Below, in pieces: positions 1 to 8,561 of a stretch of 17,052 bases of DNA (the stretch's first letter is position 1; every line of letters begins with the position of its first letter). The translations under genes were made by a program, and so were the position numbers. Under the pieces are notes generated by a model. The model did no database searches. It saw only the letters and a list, made by a program, of their open reading frames with translations, and had not been told where the DNA came from. Origin of the DNA: an uncultured bacterium (GTDB lineage Bacteria; Zixibacteria; MSB-5A5; JAABVY01; JAHJOQ01); contig CBDUQR010000053.1 of assembly GCA_965369655.1 (NCBI GenBank), positions 1-17,052 on the forward strand, read 5' to 3'.

Positions 1-14
1 CTTCAACTGTATAC

Positions 15-905
15 TCACTCAGTCTGTTGCGCGTTCGATTGCGATTGGAACAGCTCTTCTTGCGATTTCTGCAAATCAAAAATTTCCAGTTCTCTGACTT
101 TCAGATTCTCGTCCAGATGAGCTATACAACTAACTCTGACGGGCCCCGAATATGAGAATAGTTGAAGAAGCTTCGTTTGATTCTGGCCAACATAGCGATA
201 GTAAACCCTACTGCCATCAGATAGATAAGCCCATCCACTCTTTGTACTCTTAAAAAGTGCGTTCAATTTCACGATCAGCCATGTCTCCCGTGTTGTAGTG
301 GTGATATTCTCATTCACATCGAAATATGGTCGTTCTTCGGCAGTAATACGCTCCTGCAATGTTATGCCATCCGGAGAACGTGCAGAAAATTCCGCACTGT
401 CAATACGTCCTTCTTCAAGTGGGCTCATCATCTTGTTCAGATCAGAATCGATTTGTCCGCTTTTGAATAATTCGAAAATCTCTAATGGCACCTCAATATT
501 TACGTTATTGCAGTTAGAGACGACGATGCTATTCTCTGCGTTGATTCTCTCTCGAAAAGGTTGTTTCTTGATATGGCGTTTCAATTTAATTACTTCAATT
601 ATCTTGCGAACAATGAAATATCCCCCAGCAGTGAGAAAGCTGGCACCCGTAAGGGAATCGACATTCTCGCCAATTGTTTTCCATACTTCTAAGATAATAT
701 CTGCTGAACCAGGTCGAACTCCGGTAATGCGAAGCCTATGAATGGAATCAGGATCGTCAGTAGCAGCAATCTTGCCATAGGCGCTTGAAAATCCCTGCAA
801 TACTGGAACAATGTCCTCTATAGACATAGAACCATCATCTACATCAGGACCTTCATATCTGAGATGAATTTCTATTTGTTCCTTTTTCACGTTTTCCTCT
901 GACAA
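15..905 (-). CDS. Hypothetical protein (296 aa), AT-richer than neighbours, probably horizontally acquired
   Basis: Long open frame with a TTG start (start uncertain). The N-terminus 'LRYEGPDVDDGSMSIEDIVPVLQGFS...ITGVRPGS' and a C-terminal beta-rich, OB-like region resemble a family of uncharacterised accessory proteins. Visibly more AT-rich than ftsK. Confidence 0.75.
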   Translation of the reverse strand: MSEENVKKEQIEIHLRYEGPDVDDGSMSIEDIVPVLQGFSSAYGKIAATDDPDSIHRLRITGVRPGSADIILEVWKTIGENVDSLTGASFLTAGGYFIVRKIIEVIKLKRHIKKQPFRERINAENSIVVSNCNNVNIEVPLEIFELFKSGQIDSDLNKMMSPLEEGRIDSAEFSARSPDGITLQERITAEERPYFDVNENITTTTRETWLIVKLNALFKSTKSGWAYLSDGSRVYYRYVGQNQTKLLQLFSYSGPVRVSCIAHLDENLKVRELEIFDLQKSQEELFQSQSNAQQTE

Positions 906-968
906 CCATTATTGGATAATGGTAATGACGTTACCAAAAAGCAATTAGAAAATTCTCAAACTGACCCA

Positions 969-3350
969 CTACCTAATCTTGAGAAGTCTGGTCAGGTGTG
1001 CTTCGTCAATGAGAACTTCGCGAGCCTTGGACCCGTCGTACATCCCGACGATTCTCTTCTCCTCGAGTTGATCGATCAACCTCGCCGCACGCTGATAGCC
1101 GATCCCGAGACGCCGCTGCAGAAGAGACACAGACCCCTGTTTATGCTTGACGACGAGCTCGGCGGCTTCTCTGAGAAGGGGGTCTTTGCCGAGATCTTCC
1201 TGCCGCTTCTTCGATTTCTCATCAGTGAAATTGTCAATCTTCTCGACCTCGACGGCCTGGGCTCGTATATGCTCCATAATCGCGTTTGTCTCCTCGGAAG
1301 ACACATTTGAGCCATGAACTCTGATATACTCCGCCTGTCCCGGCCGCTGGAAGAGCATATCGCCCCTGCCAAGCAATTTCTCCGCGCCATTGCCGTCGAG
1401 GATAGTACGAGAATCGACCCGCGTCGCCACCTGAAAAGCGATACGTGCCGGGAAATTCGCCTTGATAAGTCCCGTGATGACATCGACAGAGGGGCGTTGA
1501 GTGGCGAGGATCAGATGTAAACCGACAGCGCGCGCCATCTGCGCCAGACGAGTTATCAGCGTCTCTATGCGTGTTGCAGAGTTGCTCATCATCAGGTCAG
1601 CAAGTTCATCCACAATGATCACGATATAGGGCAGGCGATCCTCGCTGTCCACTTTCACGTTATAGTCCTCGATGCTCCGCACATTCTCGGATGCTAGCTT
1701 CTTGTAGCGCCCTTCCATCTCGCCGACCGCATCGTTGAGTAACCTCTCTGCCTTTCTCGGAGCCGTCACCACCGGTCTCTCGAGATGAGGCAGTCCCTGA
1801 TAGACAGTCAGTTCGAGCATCTTCGGGTCGACAAAGAGGAATCTCAGCGAGTCAGGGCTGTGCCGGTATATGAGGCTCGTGATAATACCATTCAGACAGA
1901 CGCTCTTTCCCGAACCTGTCGAACCCGCCACAAGCAAATGCGGCATCGCTGCGAGGTCTGCAACGAACGGCTCCCCTGAGATCGTCCTGCCTAACGCCAT
2001 TGGAAGTTTGACGCTTAGATCGTTGTAGTCATCTGTCTTGAGTATGTCTTTCAGATATACAGTCTGCGTATCCTTGTTCGGAATCTCGACGCCGACCGCA
2101 GCTTTACCCGGCACGGGGGCGATGATCCTGATCCTCTTCGCTCTGAGCGCGAGCGCCAGGTCATCCGCCAGGTTCACGATCTGGTTGACTTTGATCCCCG
2201 CCGCAGGTTTGAATTCGTACCTCGTGATGACCGGTCCCGGGTATCTCTCGATTCTGCTCGAATCGACCTCGACTCCGAATGTCTTAAGCGTCTTGAGAAG
2301 ATCGTCGGCTGTCTGCTGCATTTCTGCCCTGCTTACCGCCATCACAGGCTGAGGATTGTCTTGGAGCAGATCGAGTGTCGGGAATTGATAGTCAGTTGTC
2401 GCGATTGCCTCCGGACCGCGCTTCAGCACAATCTTATCGAATGGTTTGCCACTCACGGCCTTTCCAGACGATTCGTTTCCGAAAAGATCGGCATGATCCT
2501 GGCGTTTCTCTCGCGCCATCACCTCATCTCTTATCTTACTGTAATCGGTCACAAAGCTCTCGGATGGCGGAGGCGTCGAAGACTTCGCATACGATCCCGA
2601 TTCTTCGACATCATGCGCATCATCTTTTCTGCCGATTTGCGGTCCAAGAAAACCAAAATCGAGTCTCCAGAGTTTCTGCCAGAATGAGAGCTTCTTGCTG
2701 TCTCCGGCAGCTTTCCGGACTGTCTTCTCGGGTCTGAGTCGTCGAAACAGGCTCAGGGATTTGTCTTTGAACCACACTGGCAATCCACGAATCTTCTGTT
2801 CCCATTTCTTCGGACGCCATTCGACCAGCAGCAAAATGAACACCAGAACCGCCACCGCGCCGATAAGGATTGCGCCGATCATCCCGAAGATACGAGAGAT
2901 GAGACTCGCAGCGACATGGGCGACAAGACCGCCCAGTGTCTCCGTGTAGATCACGTTACGGATCGGCGGATTGACCGCCGAAAGCGCAACAAGGACCGCG
3001 ATAAAGAAAAACAGCCCGGTGGCAAGATATAGTCGCCTCGAGTGCTTATCGTTCTTCCATTTCAGGAGCAGTCTTCCACCTCTCAAGCCAAGCCAGACCG
3101 GTATGAAAAACGCCATCAGACCGAGGAGCGCATACGCACAGTGCGAAAAAAACATGCCCGCATAACCGAAGCCATTCTCAGGGTTGACATCGGCGATCCC
3201 CGAAGTGGAACCGGGCATGAAATAGAGTTCATCATTATCGGAACTGGAGGCCAGACTTCCGAGTGTCAGGATAGCCACAAGGATCATCAGCAGGCCGACA
3301 ATCTCCTGCTTCCCCCGGGCGTTCATTTTCTTCATGCTGGCAAGACCCAT
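969..3350 (-). CDS. ftsK: FtsK/SpoIIIE DNA translocase
   Basis: N-terminal TM helices, Walker A GSTGSGKS, 'FVDPKMLEL', Walker B 'IVIIVDELADLM', 'LATQRPSVDVITGLIKAN', gamma domain 'SVSLLQRRLGIGYQRAARLIDQLE'. Start placed at ATG 3350, with GAGGA 5 nt upstream. The ORF-track extension to 3449 runs through a repeat element. Confidence 0.97.
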   Translation of the reverse strand: MGLASMKKMNARGKQEIVGLLMILVAILTLGSLASSSDNDELYFMPGSTSGIADVNPENGFGYAGMFFSHCAYALLGLMAFFIPVWLGLRGGRLLLKWKNDKHSRRLYLATGLFFFIAVLVALSAVNPPIRNVIYTETLGGLVAHVAASLISRIFGMIGAILIGAVAVLVFILLLVEWRPKKWEQKIRGLPVWFKDKSLSLFRRLRPEKTVRKAAGDSKKLSFWQKLWRLDFGFLGPQIGRKDDAHDVEESGSYAKSSTPPPSESFVTDYSKIRDEVMAREKRQDHADLFGNESSGKAVSGKPFDKIVLKRGPEAIATTDYQFPTLDLLQDNPQPVMAVSRAEMQQTADDLLKTLKTFGVEVDSSRIERYPGPVITRYEFKPAAGIKVNQIVNLADDLALALRAKRIRIIAPVPGKAAVGVEIPNKDTQTVYLKDILKTDDYNDLSVKLPMALGRTISGEPFVADLAAMPHLLVAGSTGSGKSVCLNGIITSLIYRHSPDSLRFLFVDPKMLELTVYQGLPHLERPVVTAPRKAERLLNDAVGEMEGRYKKLASENVRSIEDYNVKVDSEDRLPYIVIIVDELADLMMSNSATRIETLITRLAQMARAVGLHLILATQRPSVDVITGLIKANFPARIAFQVATRVDSRTILDGNGAEKLLGRGDMLFQRPGQAEYIRVHGSNVSSEETNAIMEHIRAQAVEVEKIDNFTDEKSKKRQEDLGKDPLLREAAELVVKHKQGSVSLLQRRLGIGYQRAARLIDQLEEKRIVGMYDGSKAREVLIDEAHLTRLLKIR

Positions 3351-3363
3351 CACAGTCCTCTCG

Positions 3364-3518
3364 GAGGCTGTTTCATAAGTTCTGTCCTCCTGTAGGTCGG
3401 CGTTCCGCAGCAGGCGGAGCCTGCGAGAAACCCGACTGCCGGTCAACAAGATAGAGGTGTCGCGTTTCTCATCGCGCTCTGCGGGATTCGGAACACGACC
3501 TACTTATGAGACAACCTC
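3364..3518. mobile_element. MITE-like element: 17-bp imperfect TIRs enclosing an inverted GTAG-type REP doublet
   Basis: GAGGCTGTTTCATAAGT (3364-3380) and ACTTATGAGACAACCTC (3502-3518) are 15/17 inverted. Inside, GTAGGTCGGCGTTCC at 3392 and GGAACACGACCTAC ending at 3503. Inverted homolog at 11072-11226. Confidence 0.75.
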
Positions 3519-3536
3519 TCTTACACTTACCGCACA

Positions 3537-3565
3537 AATCTATCCTGCGACAAGTGCACCGTCAA
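3537..3565 (-). promoter_or_regulatory. Putative sigma70 promoter of ftsK
   Basis: Minus strand TTGACG (3565-3560), 17-nt spacer, TAGATT (3542-3537). Confidence 0.5.
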
Positions 3566-3594
3566 CTAAAACAGTCAAATGTAGTGGCTTCAAA

Positions 3595-6500
3595 TCAGTT
3601 GAAGAGAGTTCCGCGCAGCGGTGATTTTGACTTCTCGAACTTGATGTCGGGTATCTGCTTAACGAACAACTTAAAGTAATATCCTTTAAGGCTTCCGTTC
3701 GGAATCCAGGAAAATCGCGCCTCCCAGCAGTGAAGATCTCGGACGATATTGATTGATCGACTGACAATCAGCTTCCTGCGAATATCGTAGTTCTGTGAAA
3801 TATCGACGTGCCAGTTTCTTGTCAGATCGAAACTCGCCGAACTCGTGATCCAGTGAGTGATGCTCTTTGCGCCCGTGATAAGATTCCGACTCTCCGTATA
3901 CCTGTGTCCGAAGTTCGCGCTCCACGGCATCTTTAGAGACGAACCAGGTCGCTCAACATTTCGGCCATCCAGATCATCCGGCGAAGACGCGCCGCGCCTG
4001 CCGTGCATCGAAAAACCGGAGCTCACGCTGATATTTGTAAGCCTGGCTCGAAACGGGTCGAAGTCGAGTGTCACCGGATTGTACAGATCGTGGGTCGCCT
4101 GCAACTGTATCGACAGCCGAGGAATCGATGTCGTCCTGAGCGATGTCGAGAGCTTCGACCACTTGCGTTCCTCTCTTGTGAAGTCGTAACTCGTCGAGGT
4201 CGACAGATTGAACAGATCGAGTTTCTTCTCAGTCTCACCCGACTTGTATTTCATCTGAAAGAGATTCGACAACGAAACGCTCATCGACTTGCTCTCGGTA
4301 CGGGAACTACTCGCGCCAACATACCCCGCTTCATCAGCATTCAAAACTGACTTGGGTCGGTACGAATACGACAGTGACGGACTCATCGAGTGCCTGATAC
4401 CGATCAGACCAGGAATCGGCGGGAAGAAATAACCATAGAGAGTTGTCCTCGCCGACATCGACATGCTTGACGTCCAACTCCTCAGGAACTTGTCAGATTT
4501 GAGCTCTTGCTCATCGGATATATCGGTCGGGAAAATCATGAACCAATTCTCTGTGAAGTTAACCGAAGGGTTCATCGTGATATATCTGAATAGATTCTGC
4601 GGCGCGCTCAGCGAGGTCCTGTGCGTTCCTCTGGCATATTTCCTGCGACTGAAATCGTCGCCGCTTTTGCTCTTCGACTGATAATTCCTGAAATCTGAAC
4701 TGTACGACAAGCGAATGGACTGATACCAGCGCTGATCCGATTTCTCGCTACCCTCAGGTTGCGGGAAAAGAGTTCGTGATCCGAGCGAGAATCGAAGGCT
4801 GGGAGCGGTCAGCGAACTCGATTCATCGTCGAGATTCTTCGTACTTTGTACCACCGCGCTCAAAGACGTCCGCTCCCATCGCTTGGAGAAGCTGATCTGA
4901 CTCCGCAGATTTCTGTTGCGGCGCTCATCGATATCGTTGGATATCTCGGTCGTATAACTCTTGTCGGACACGAATGTCCCGCTTCCCGAAATCGACGCGG
5001 TCGGTGAAAGCGTGTGCGAATGGTTGGCTGTCAGCGACCACCTGTGAGAGATAGTGCGCCCGGAATAACTCGTCCTCGAATCCCGTGCATACGACCCCCT
5101 GACCGAACCGCGCATCACATACCGCTTGGCGTAGTTGACCGTGCCGTCAAACTTGACTCCGATCCGCTCTTCGAGACTCATCGCAGCATCCATATCCCAG
5201 TACTCTGACGCCGCCCAGTAGTATCCGAGATTGCGGACATAACGACCGCCCCGCTCCCATGTGCCGATATGAAATGGAAGGAATCCCGAATGGCGTCCCT
5301 TCTTGATCGAGAACACGAAAAACGGCGCATAGAAAACCGGTATCTGTTCGATGTAGAGAATGATGGGTCTGGCGATGACTCGATCGCCGCTGATCAATTT
5401 CATGTTGCTGGAACCGAAGTGGTAATGTGGCACATCCAGATCGCATGTCGTATAGCGCCCCTTGTCGACCAGCAGCACATCCTCTTCCATCTTCCGCACA
5501 GTCTCACCGTGGTAATACGCGTTCTCCAATTCAGTGTCAGTCTCTCTGACCTTGCCCCTCTTTGTTTCGAGATTGTATGCCAATCTGTCGCCGGTCATTT
5601 CATCGGTCCCATCCCGCAGGACCACCGGCACGAAAACCGTATCCAGCACAACTTTTTCGTCTTCACCAATCTCTTCAGTATCGTCGATTTCGTTCACATA
5701 TAGAGCCGAATACGCCCGCAGGTCCTTGGATACAGTGTTATAAATGATTGTGTCGGCGTTCAGCGTGATCGTCTTGTTCCTGACTTCTGATGCGCCCGAT
5801 AACCGAATAATGCGATCGCCGGTTGCGTAGTTGAGGTTAGCGGATTCATACTTTACCGTGTCGAGATAACTGATATTGCCGAGCGAATCGAGTTCCCTCT
5901 GCGAGAAGAATTTGCCGACACATGAGTTGTTTACCTCTACGTGATCGAGTCCGCTTTTCTCGAAGAAGAGAAGAATCGAATCACCTGAGACCTCGTTCAT
6001 TCCCTCCGCAAGCGTATCCTCGGGCGCAGGCAAATACCAGGAGTAGCTATTGCCTGCCGACACGATTTTCTTCAGAACTTCACTCTCGAAATAGAATCGG
6101 ATGCTCTTCGCCTCGATCCGGCTTTCCGTGAACACAGTATCAATGACACCGACGGGACTGCGGTACAGTGCGCATCCGTTGCCAGAGACAAAGAGCTGAT
6201 CCAGCAATCGATTCTTCAGCGAGATCGTCATGGTATCGCCATCAAGCTCGTTATTGCGCTGTTGCGCGCGGGGATCGCCATACAGGACGATCCGGTTGGA
6301 GTCGGGAAAGAACTCACAAAGATCGCATGTTGCGCGCATGCTGCTCTTGGTGATTACAACATTGTCGATGGCGCGACCCTGCCGGATCGGCGACACATAG
6401 TGCAGGGTATCGGATGAAATACCAATCATCGCCGCCGGATCATCGTAATCAACCATCAGGTGTGGCGAGCCGGTCGCTGTCAACTCCTCAGAATTCCTGT

Positions 6501-6885
6501 CATAATCGATTTTCTCGCCCGTGATTTTGACCCGCTCATCCCTGACCAGAATCTCGCAGTCACCGGTCGCATGAAATCTGTTCTCATCTTCGAGATACTT
6601 GAGATAAGTCGAACTCAGATGATGCATTGAATCTGCGTACCTGACGTTGCCCCAGAATTCGAGGACGCCCCTGCTCTGGTGGTAGACCGCCGTGTCGCAG
6701 AGCAGATTGCCCCCCTTGTAGTCGAATTTCACATTATCATAGTACCGCAGCTCGAATTCGTCTTCGCCTGTGATCCTGATCTCCGAATGATCGGCGTTGA
6801 GCAGAAGCTCATCCTTGTCGGAACCAGGCAGGCGCGAACCGATCAATAGGATACAAAGAAGTGACCAGACGATATGTTTCTTCAT
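3595..6885 (-). CDS. lptD: LptD-like LPS-assembly outer-membrane protein with extended OstA/LptA-like N-terminal region (~1096 aa)
   Basis: Signal peptide MKKHIVWSLLCILLIG. Repeated beta-jellyroll-like segments ('LYGDPRAQQRNNELDGDTMTI', 'GDRLAYNLETKRGKV'), LptD motifs 'GRYTTCDLDVPHYHF' and 'KKGRHSGFLPF', barrel end 'IVRDLHCWEARFSWIP...DIKFEK'. Confidence 0.88.
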   Translation of the reverse strand: MKKHIVWSLLCILLIGSRLPGSDKDELLLNADHSEIRITGEDEFELRYYDNVKFDYKGGNLLCDTAVYHQSRGVLEFWGNVRYADSMHHLSSTYLKYLEDENRFHATGDCEILVRDERVKITGEKIDYDRNSEELTATGSPHLMVDYDDPAAMIGISSDTLHYVSPIRQGRAIDNVVITKSSMRATCDLCEFFPDSNRIVLYGDPRAQQRNNELDGDTMTISLKNRLLDQLFVSGNGCALYRSPVGVIDTVFTESRIEAKSIRFYFESEVLKKIVSAGNSYSWYLPAPEDTLAEGMNEVSGDSILLFFEKSGLDHVEVNNSCVGKFFSQRELDSLGNISYLDTVKYESANLNYATGDRIIRLSGASEVRNKTITLNADTIIYNTVSKDLRAYSALYVNEIDDTEEIGEDEKVVLDTVFVPVVLRDGTDEMTGDRLAYNLETKRGKVRETDTELENAYYHGETVRKMEEDVLLVDKGRYTTCDLDVPHYHFGSSNMKLISGDRVIARPIILYIEQIPVFYAPFFVFSIKKGRHSGFLPFHIGTWERGGRYVRNLGYYWAASEYWDMDAAMSLEERIGVKFDGTVNYAKRYVMRGSVRGSYARDSRTSYSGRTISHRWSLTANHSHTLSPTASISGSGTFVSDKSYTTEISNDIDERRNRNLRSQISFSKRWERTSLSAVVQSTKNLDDESSSLTAPSLRFSLGSRTLFPQPEGSEKSDQRWYQSIRLSYSSDFRNYQSKSKSGDDFSRRKYARGTHRTSLSAPQNLFRYITMNPSVNFTENWFMIFPTDISDEQELKSDKFLRSWTSSMSMSARTTLYGYFFPPIPGLIGIRHSMSPSLSYSYRPKSVLNADEAGYVGASSSRTESKSMSVSLSNLFQMKYKSGETEKKLDLFNLSTSTSYDFTREERKWSKLSTSLRTTSIPRLSIQLQATHDLYNPVTLDFDPFRARLTNISVSSGFSMHGRRGASSPDDLDGRNVERPGSSLKMPWSANFGHRYTESRNLITGAKSITHWITSSASFDLTRNWHVDISQNYDIRRKLIVSRSINIVRDLHCWEARFSWIPNGSLKGYYFKLFVKQIPDIKFEKSKSPLRGTLFN

Positions 6886-6892
6886 GTCGATG

Positions 6893-6921
6893 AGTTTAAT
6901 CGATGCGCCGGATCGTCGCAA
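6893..6921 (-). promoter_or_regulatory. Putative sigma70 promoter, leaderless geometry (lptD)
   Basis: TTGCGA (6921-6916), 17 nt, TAAACT (6898-6893), 7 nt, ATG 6885. No SD. Confidence 0.5.
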
Positions 6922-7034
6922 CAAAAATGGATGCTGCCGGATGATGCTCCCACTGCTTATACAACAATGAGCGGGATGGTTTCCTTCGCATGGAGTAAGT
7001 TCTGCATTGCGCGGCCGTCCGAATGAACGTGATT

Positions 7035-7997
7035 CTACCGCATCAGTTCGTTGAGATGAATCGATACCGACCGCGCGAGAGTGTCGAGGTCGTAGCCGCC
7101 TTCGAGTACCGAAACCAGCCGTCCGGATGCTGAAATGTCTGCGGCTCTCATGGCAAGCCGTGTCATCTTCACGAAACCACTGTCAGAAACAGACAGCCCT
7201 GCCAGAGGATCGCTTTCGTGCGCGTCAAATCCGGCGGATATGAGTATCAGCTCCGGCTTGAACTTCTCCATCTCCGGCAGCCAGAACACTTCCAACGCGG
7301 CAAGAAATTCTTCGTCACCGGAACCGGCAGAAAGCGGGAAATTCAGCGTGAATCCCTCGCCATCGCCCTCACCTTTCTCCCCTGCCGACCCGCTGCCGGG
7401 ATAGAACAGAAACTGATGGACGCTCGTATAATGAACGCTGCGATCCGAATAGAATGCATTCTGAGTTCCGTTACCGTGATGAACGTCCCAGTCGAGAATT
7501 GCTACTCTGTCAATACCAAGTCGTTCGCGGGCGTAAGCTGCGCCAATCGCGATGTTGTTGAACAGGCAAAACCCCATCGGATGGTCGTATTCGGCGTGAT
7601 GACCCGACGGGCGCACAGCACAGAATGCGGAATCGAGATCGCCATCGACTACTCGCTTCACCGCCTCGACTACAGCGCCTGCGGCGTATCGGGCAGATTC
7701 GTACGACGCCGAACAGTAGTATGTATCACCATCAAACCAGCCATTCCCTTTGGCGCAGGCGTCGGCTATCCGTGAGACGTGTGCCTTTGAGTGAATCAAT
7801 CGTATGATGTCGGTTTCTGCGAGAGGCGGGCTGACTTCGTGGAGTCTATCCAGCATGCCGCTGCGCTTTAGCGTTTCGGTTATGGCTGCAACTCTTTCGG
7901 GACGTTCGGGATGGTACCCTGACGATTCGTGACGCAGGAATGAATCATGGTAGGCAAATCCGACCCGTCTCACGCGCGCGGAATCATGAGCTTTCAT
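7035..7997 (-). CDS. Zn-dependent histone deacetylase family protein (HDAC class II / AcuC / APAH-like)
   Basis: HPERPER, RPSGHHAE, GFCLFNNIA, DWDVHHGNGTQ, YPGSG, SAGFDAH, LEGGY. Start ATG 7997 (alternative GTG 8003). Confidence 0.95.
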   Translation of the reverse strand: MKAHDSARVRRVGFAYHDSFLRHESSGYHPERPERVAAITETLKRSGMLDRLHEVSPPLAETDIIRLIHSKAHVSRIADACAKGNGWFDGDTYYCSASYESARYAAGAVVEAVKRVVDGDLDSAFCAVRPSGHHAEYDHPMGFCLFNNIAIGAAYARERLGIDRVAILDWDVHHGNGTQNAFYSDRSVHYTSVHQFLFYPGSGSAGEKGEGDGEGFTLNFPLSAGSGDEEFLAALEVFWLPEMEKFKPELILISAGFDAHESDPLAGLSVSDSGFVKMTRLAMRAADISASGRLVSVLEGGYDLDTLARSVSIHLNELMR

Positions 7998-8004
7998 TGA
8001 CACA

Positions 8005-8034
8005 AATATACGAGCGTCCGCTCGACATTGTCAA
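8005..8034 (-). promoter_or_regulatory. Putative sigma70 promoter, leaderless geometry (HDAC), with palindromic spacer
   Basis: TTGACA (8034-8029), 18 nt, TATATT (8010-8005), 7 nt, ATG 7997. The spacer contains CGAGCG-TC-CGCTCG (8011-8024). Confidence 0.6.
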
Positions 8035-8059
8035 GTTCACATATCGAATTCAGATGCAG

Positions 8060-8134
8060 GGTGCCCCATAGCTTGCTATGGGATATGAGAAATGATCCCA
8101 CAGTTGAGGTGCCCCATAGCTTGCTATGGGATAT
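8060..8134 (+). repeat. Two exact 27-bp direct repeats with hairpin (REP-like, flanking the RAYT remnant)
   Basis: GGTGCCCCATAGCTTGCTATGGGATAT at 8060-8086 and 8108-8134, hairpin CCCATAGC-TT-GCTATGGG, 21-nt spacer. A related inverted copy is split across 8352-8362 and 8562-8577. Confidence 0.9.
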
Positions 8135-8149
8135 ATAAACTTGTATACT
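8121..8149 (+). promoter_or_regulatory. Putative promoter of the RAYT remnant; -35 lies inside the second repeat
   Basis: TTGCTA (8121-8126), 17 nt, TATACT (8144-8149), 7 nt, ATG 8157. Confidence 0.55.
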
Positions 8150-8156
8150 GACTTCA

Positions 8157-8350
8157 ATGACTCGACTCCGACATTACGACGACCTGGGTACCGCAAGATT
8201 CGTTACTGTCATAACAATCCCGTCAAACGAGGATTGGTGGCGTCTCCGGGTGAATGGCGCTGGTCCAGTTGGGGATGTTATCATGGTGCTGAAGATGTTC
8301 CTTTGGTCGTGGATGTTGATGAATGGTGTGCAGCAGTCGTATCTAACTGA
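8157..8350 (+). pseudogene. Internally deleted REP-associated tyrosine transposase (RAYT/TnpA-REP, Y1 HUH family)
   Basis: N-terminus MTRLRHYDDLGTARFVT (8157-8207) joined out of frame to YCHNNPVKRGLVASPGEWRWSS (from 8204), the typical RAYT C-terminal Y-x-H-x-NPV-x-x-GL...W-x-WSS motif. The HUH core is missing. Confidence 0.82.
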
Positions 8351-8362
8351 ACCCATAGCAAG

Positions 8363-8561
8363 GAGGTTGTCCCAAAAGATCCGAAAAGCAGGTAATCATG
8401 TTTGCGAAAGAAAATAGCGTCATTCCCGCGAAGGCCCTTCGCTGTGCTCAGGATATTACGGGAATCCATTGAATGCGTTACCGTTGAATAGACTCCCGCC
8501 TCCGCGGGAGTGACATGGTCGGCTTCTCGCTTGAGTTGAATAGCACTTTTGGGACAACCTC
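8363..8561. mobile_element. MITE-like element with perfect 16-bp TIRs inserted at the centre of a palindrome
   Basis: GAGGTTGTCCCAAAAG (8363-8378) and CTTTTGGGACAACCTC (8546-8561), flanked by CCCATAGCAAG and CTTGCTATGGG. Cargo is an inverted pair GTCATTCCCGCGAAGGC..GGGAATCC (8419-8467) and GACTCCCGCCTCCGCGGGAGTGAC (8491-8514). Confidence 0.8.

Noticed and set aside
905-944. Leaderless promoter for the 15-905 gene (TTGCTT, 17 nt, CATTAT)
   Set aside because: Weak -10 box, and the suitably placed ATG (909) is out of frame with the ORF.
8060-8134. Mini CRISPR array
   Set aside because: Only two repeats, a 21-nt spacer and no cas genes. An inverted relative lies beyond the RAYT remnant, which fits REPs.
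8157-8350. Programmed frameshift giving a functional transposase
   Set aside because: No slippery site, and the joined product would be about 65 aa without the HUH motif.
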